Assembly (NCBI GenBank): GCA_964633095.1
Contig: CAZWDK010000002.1
Span: forward strand, 8,871 to 49,790
Origin: an uncultured Polaromonas sp.
GTDB taxonomy: Bacteria; Pseudomonadota; Gammaproteobacteria; Burkholderiales; Burkholderiaceae_C
DNA: 40,920 nucleotides
Direction of reading: 5' to 3'
The notes beneath the pieces are model-generated. The model was given only the letters and a program-made list of their open reading frames with translations, was not told the origin of the DNA and did no database searches. Shown piece after piece: positions 40,452 through 40,920 of the stretch; position 1 is the first letter of the stretch, and every line of letters begins with the position of its first letter. Both the position numbers and the translations under genes were made by a program.

Positions 40452-40901
40452 ATGGACAACATCATTGTGTACATTGACGATGCCGCGTATGCGCAGCAAA
40501 TGCTGCAGCCCATGCTGACAGCGGGTGACTCCCGCAGCCCCATCCGCTGGATTGTGGTGGGCTGCGCACCACGCGTGACGCACCATGTCAGCAAGTGGGT
40601 GACCCAAAGCGCACGTGACAGCTGGCGCGGCAGATGGGCCGAAAAAGTCTTTGCGCAAGTGGTGCCGCTGCTGCAGCAAGAGGGCGATACCGTGGTGACG
40701 CGGCTGGCGAAAAGCACTTTGTGCACACAGACCGAATCCCTGATCAAGGAGCACGGCGTGGCACGGGTGCTGGACGCCCGGCGGCCCAAATTTGGCCAGG
40801 ACCTGCAACCCGTGACGGCCACGCAGACCCAGGAAAGCCATGGCGTTCTGAGCTATGCCGCCGCGCTGGCCGGCGCGGGCTTGCTGGTCGCCACGGATTA
40901 A
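40452..40901 (+). CDS. Hypothetical protein, weakly USP-like N-terminus, hydrophobic C-terminus
   Basis: AAGGAG RBS; MDNIIVYIDD start; C-terminal AAALAGAGLLVA. Confidence 0.7.
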   Translation: MDNIIVYIDDAAYAQQMLQPMLTAGDSRSPIRWIVVGCAPRVTHHVSKWVTQSARDSWRGRWAEKVFAQVVPLLQQEGDTVVTRLAKSTLCTQTESLIKEHGVARVLDARRPKFGQDLQPVTATQTQESHGVLSYAAALAGAGLLVATD

Positions 40902-40903
40902 AT

Positions 40904-40920
40904 GGCCCCCACGTTCGCTC
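40904..40920 (+). repeat. Probable start of a third family-1 repeat (cut by the window edge)
   Basis: GGCCCCCACG is identical to 18117-18126, immediately after a stop codon. Confidence 0.45.

Overview
GC-rich betaproteobacterial chromosome segment; gene content and order point to Comamonadaceae, Polaromonas-like (inference). Most of it is housekeeping: a partial DUF1631-like gene, secF-secD-yajC, a fused indolepyruvate ferredoxin oxidoreductase with a divergent Lrp regulator, mltA, a PAS kinase/FixJ-type regulator pair, a nitrilase-family amidase, yhdP, glnE, rfaE2, a ferritin-like di-iron protein, a glutathione peroxidase, a GST, purB, and a yybP-ykoY riboswitch ahead of a TerC gene. Two blocks look accessory: an RND pump followed by a stand-alone thioester-reductase-like SDR, an ACP and a KAS II; and a GntR/aminotransferase/MFS islet. 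The most striking signal not explained by the gene calls is two families of short dispersed repeats that have entered coding sequence in frame. Family 1 is a structured ~85-100 bp element inserted in glnE and, inverted, in the RND membrane-fusion gene; a third copy probably starts at the window end. Family 2 is a ~60 bp fixed-spacing element with a GCTAT-N7-ATAGC head and at least five copies; two of them supply the membrane anchor and the C-terminus/stop codon of the membrane-fusion protein and the RBS of the downstream permease. A CU-rich (anti-Shine-Dalgarno-like) sRNA candidate lies between the peroxidase and GST genes. All family assignments come from motif recognition, not database searches.
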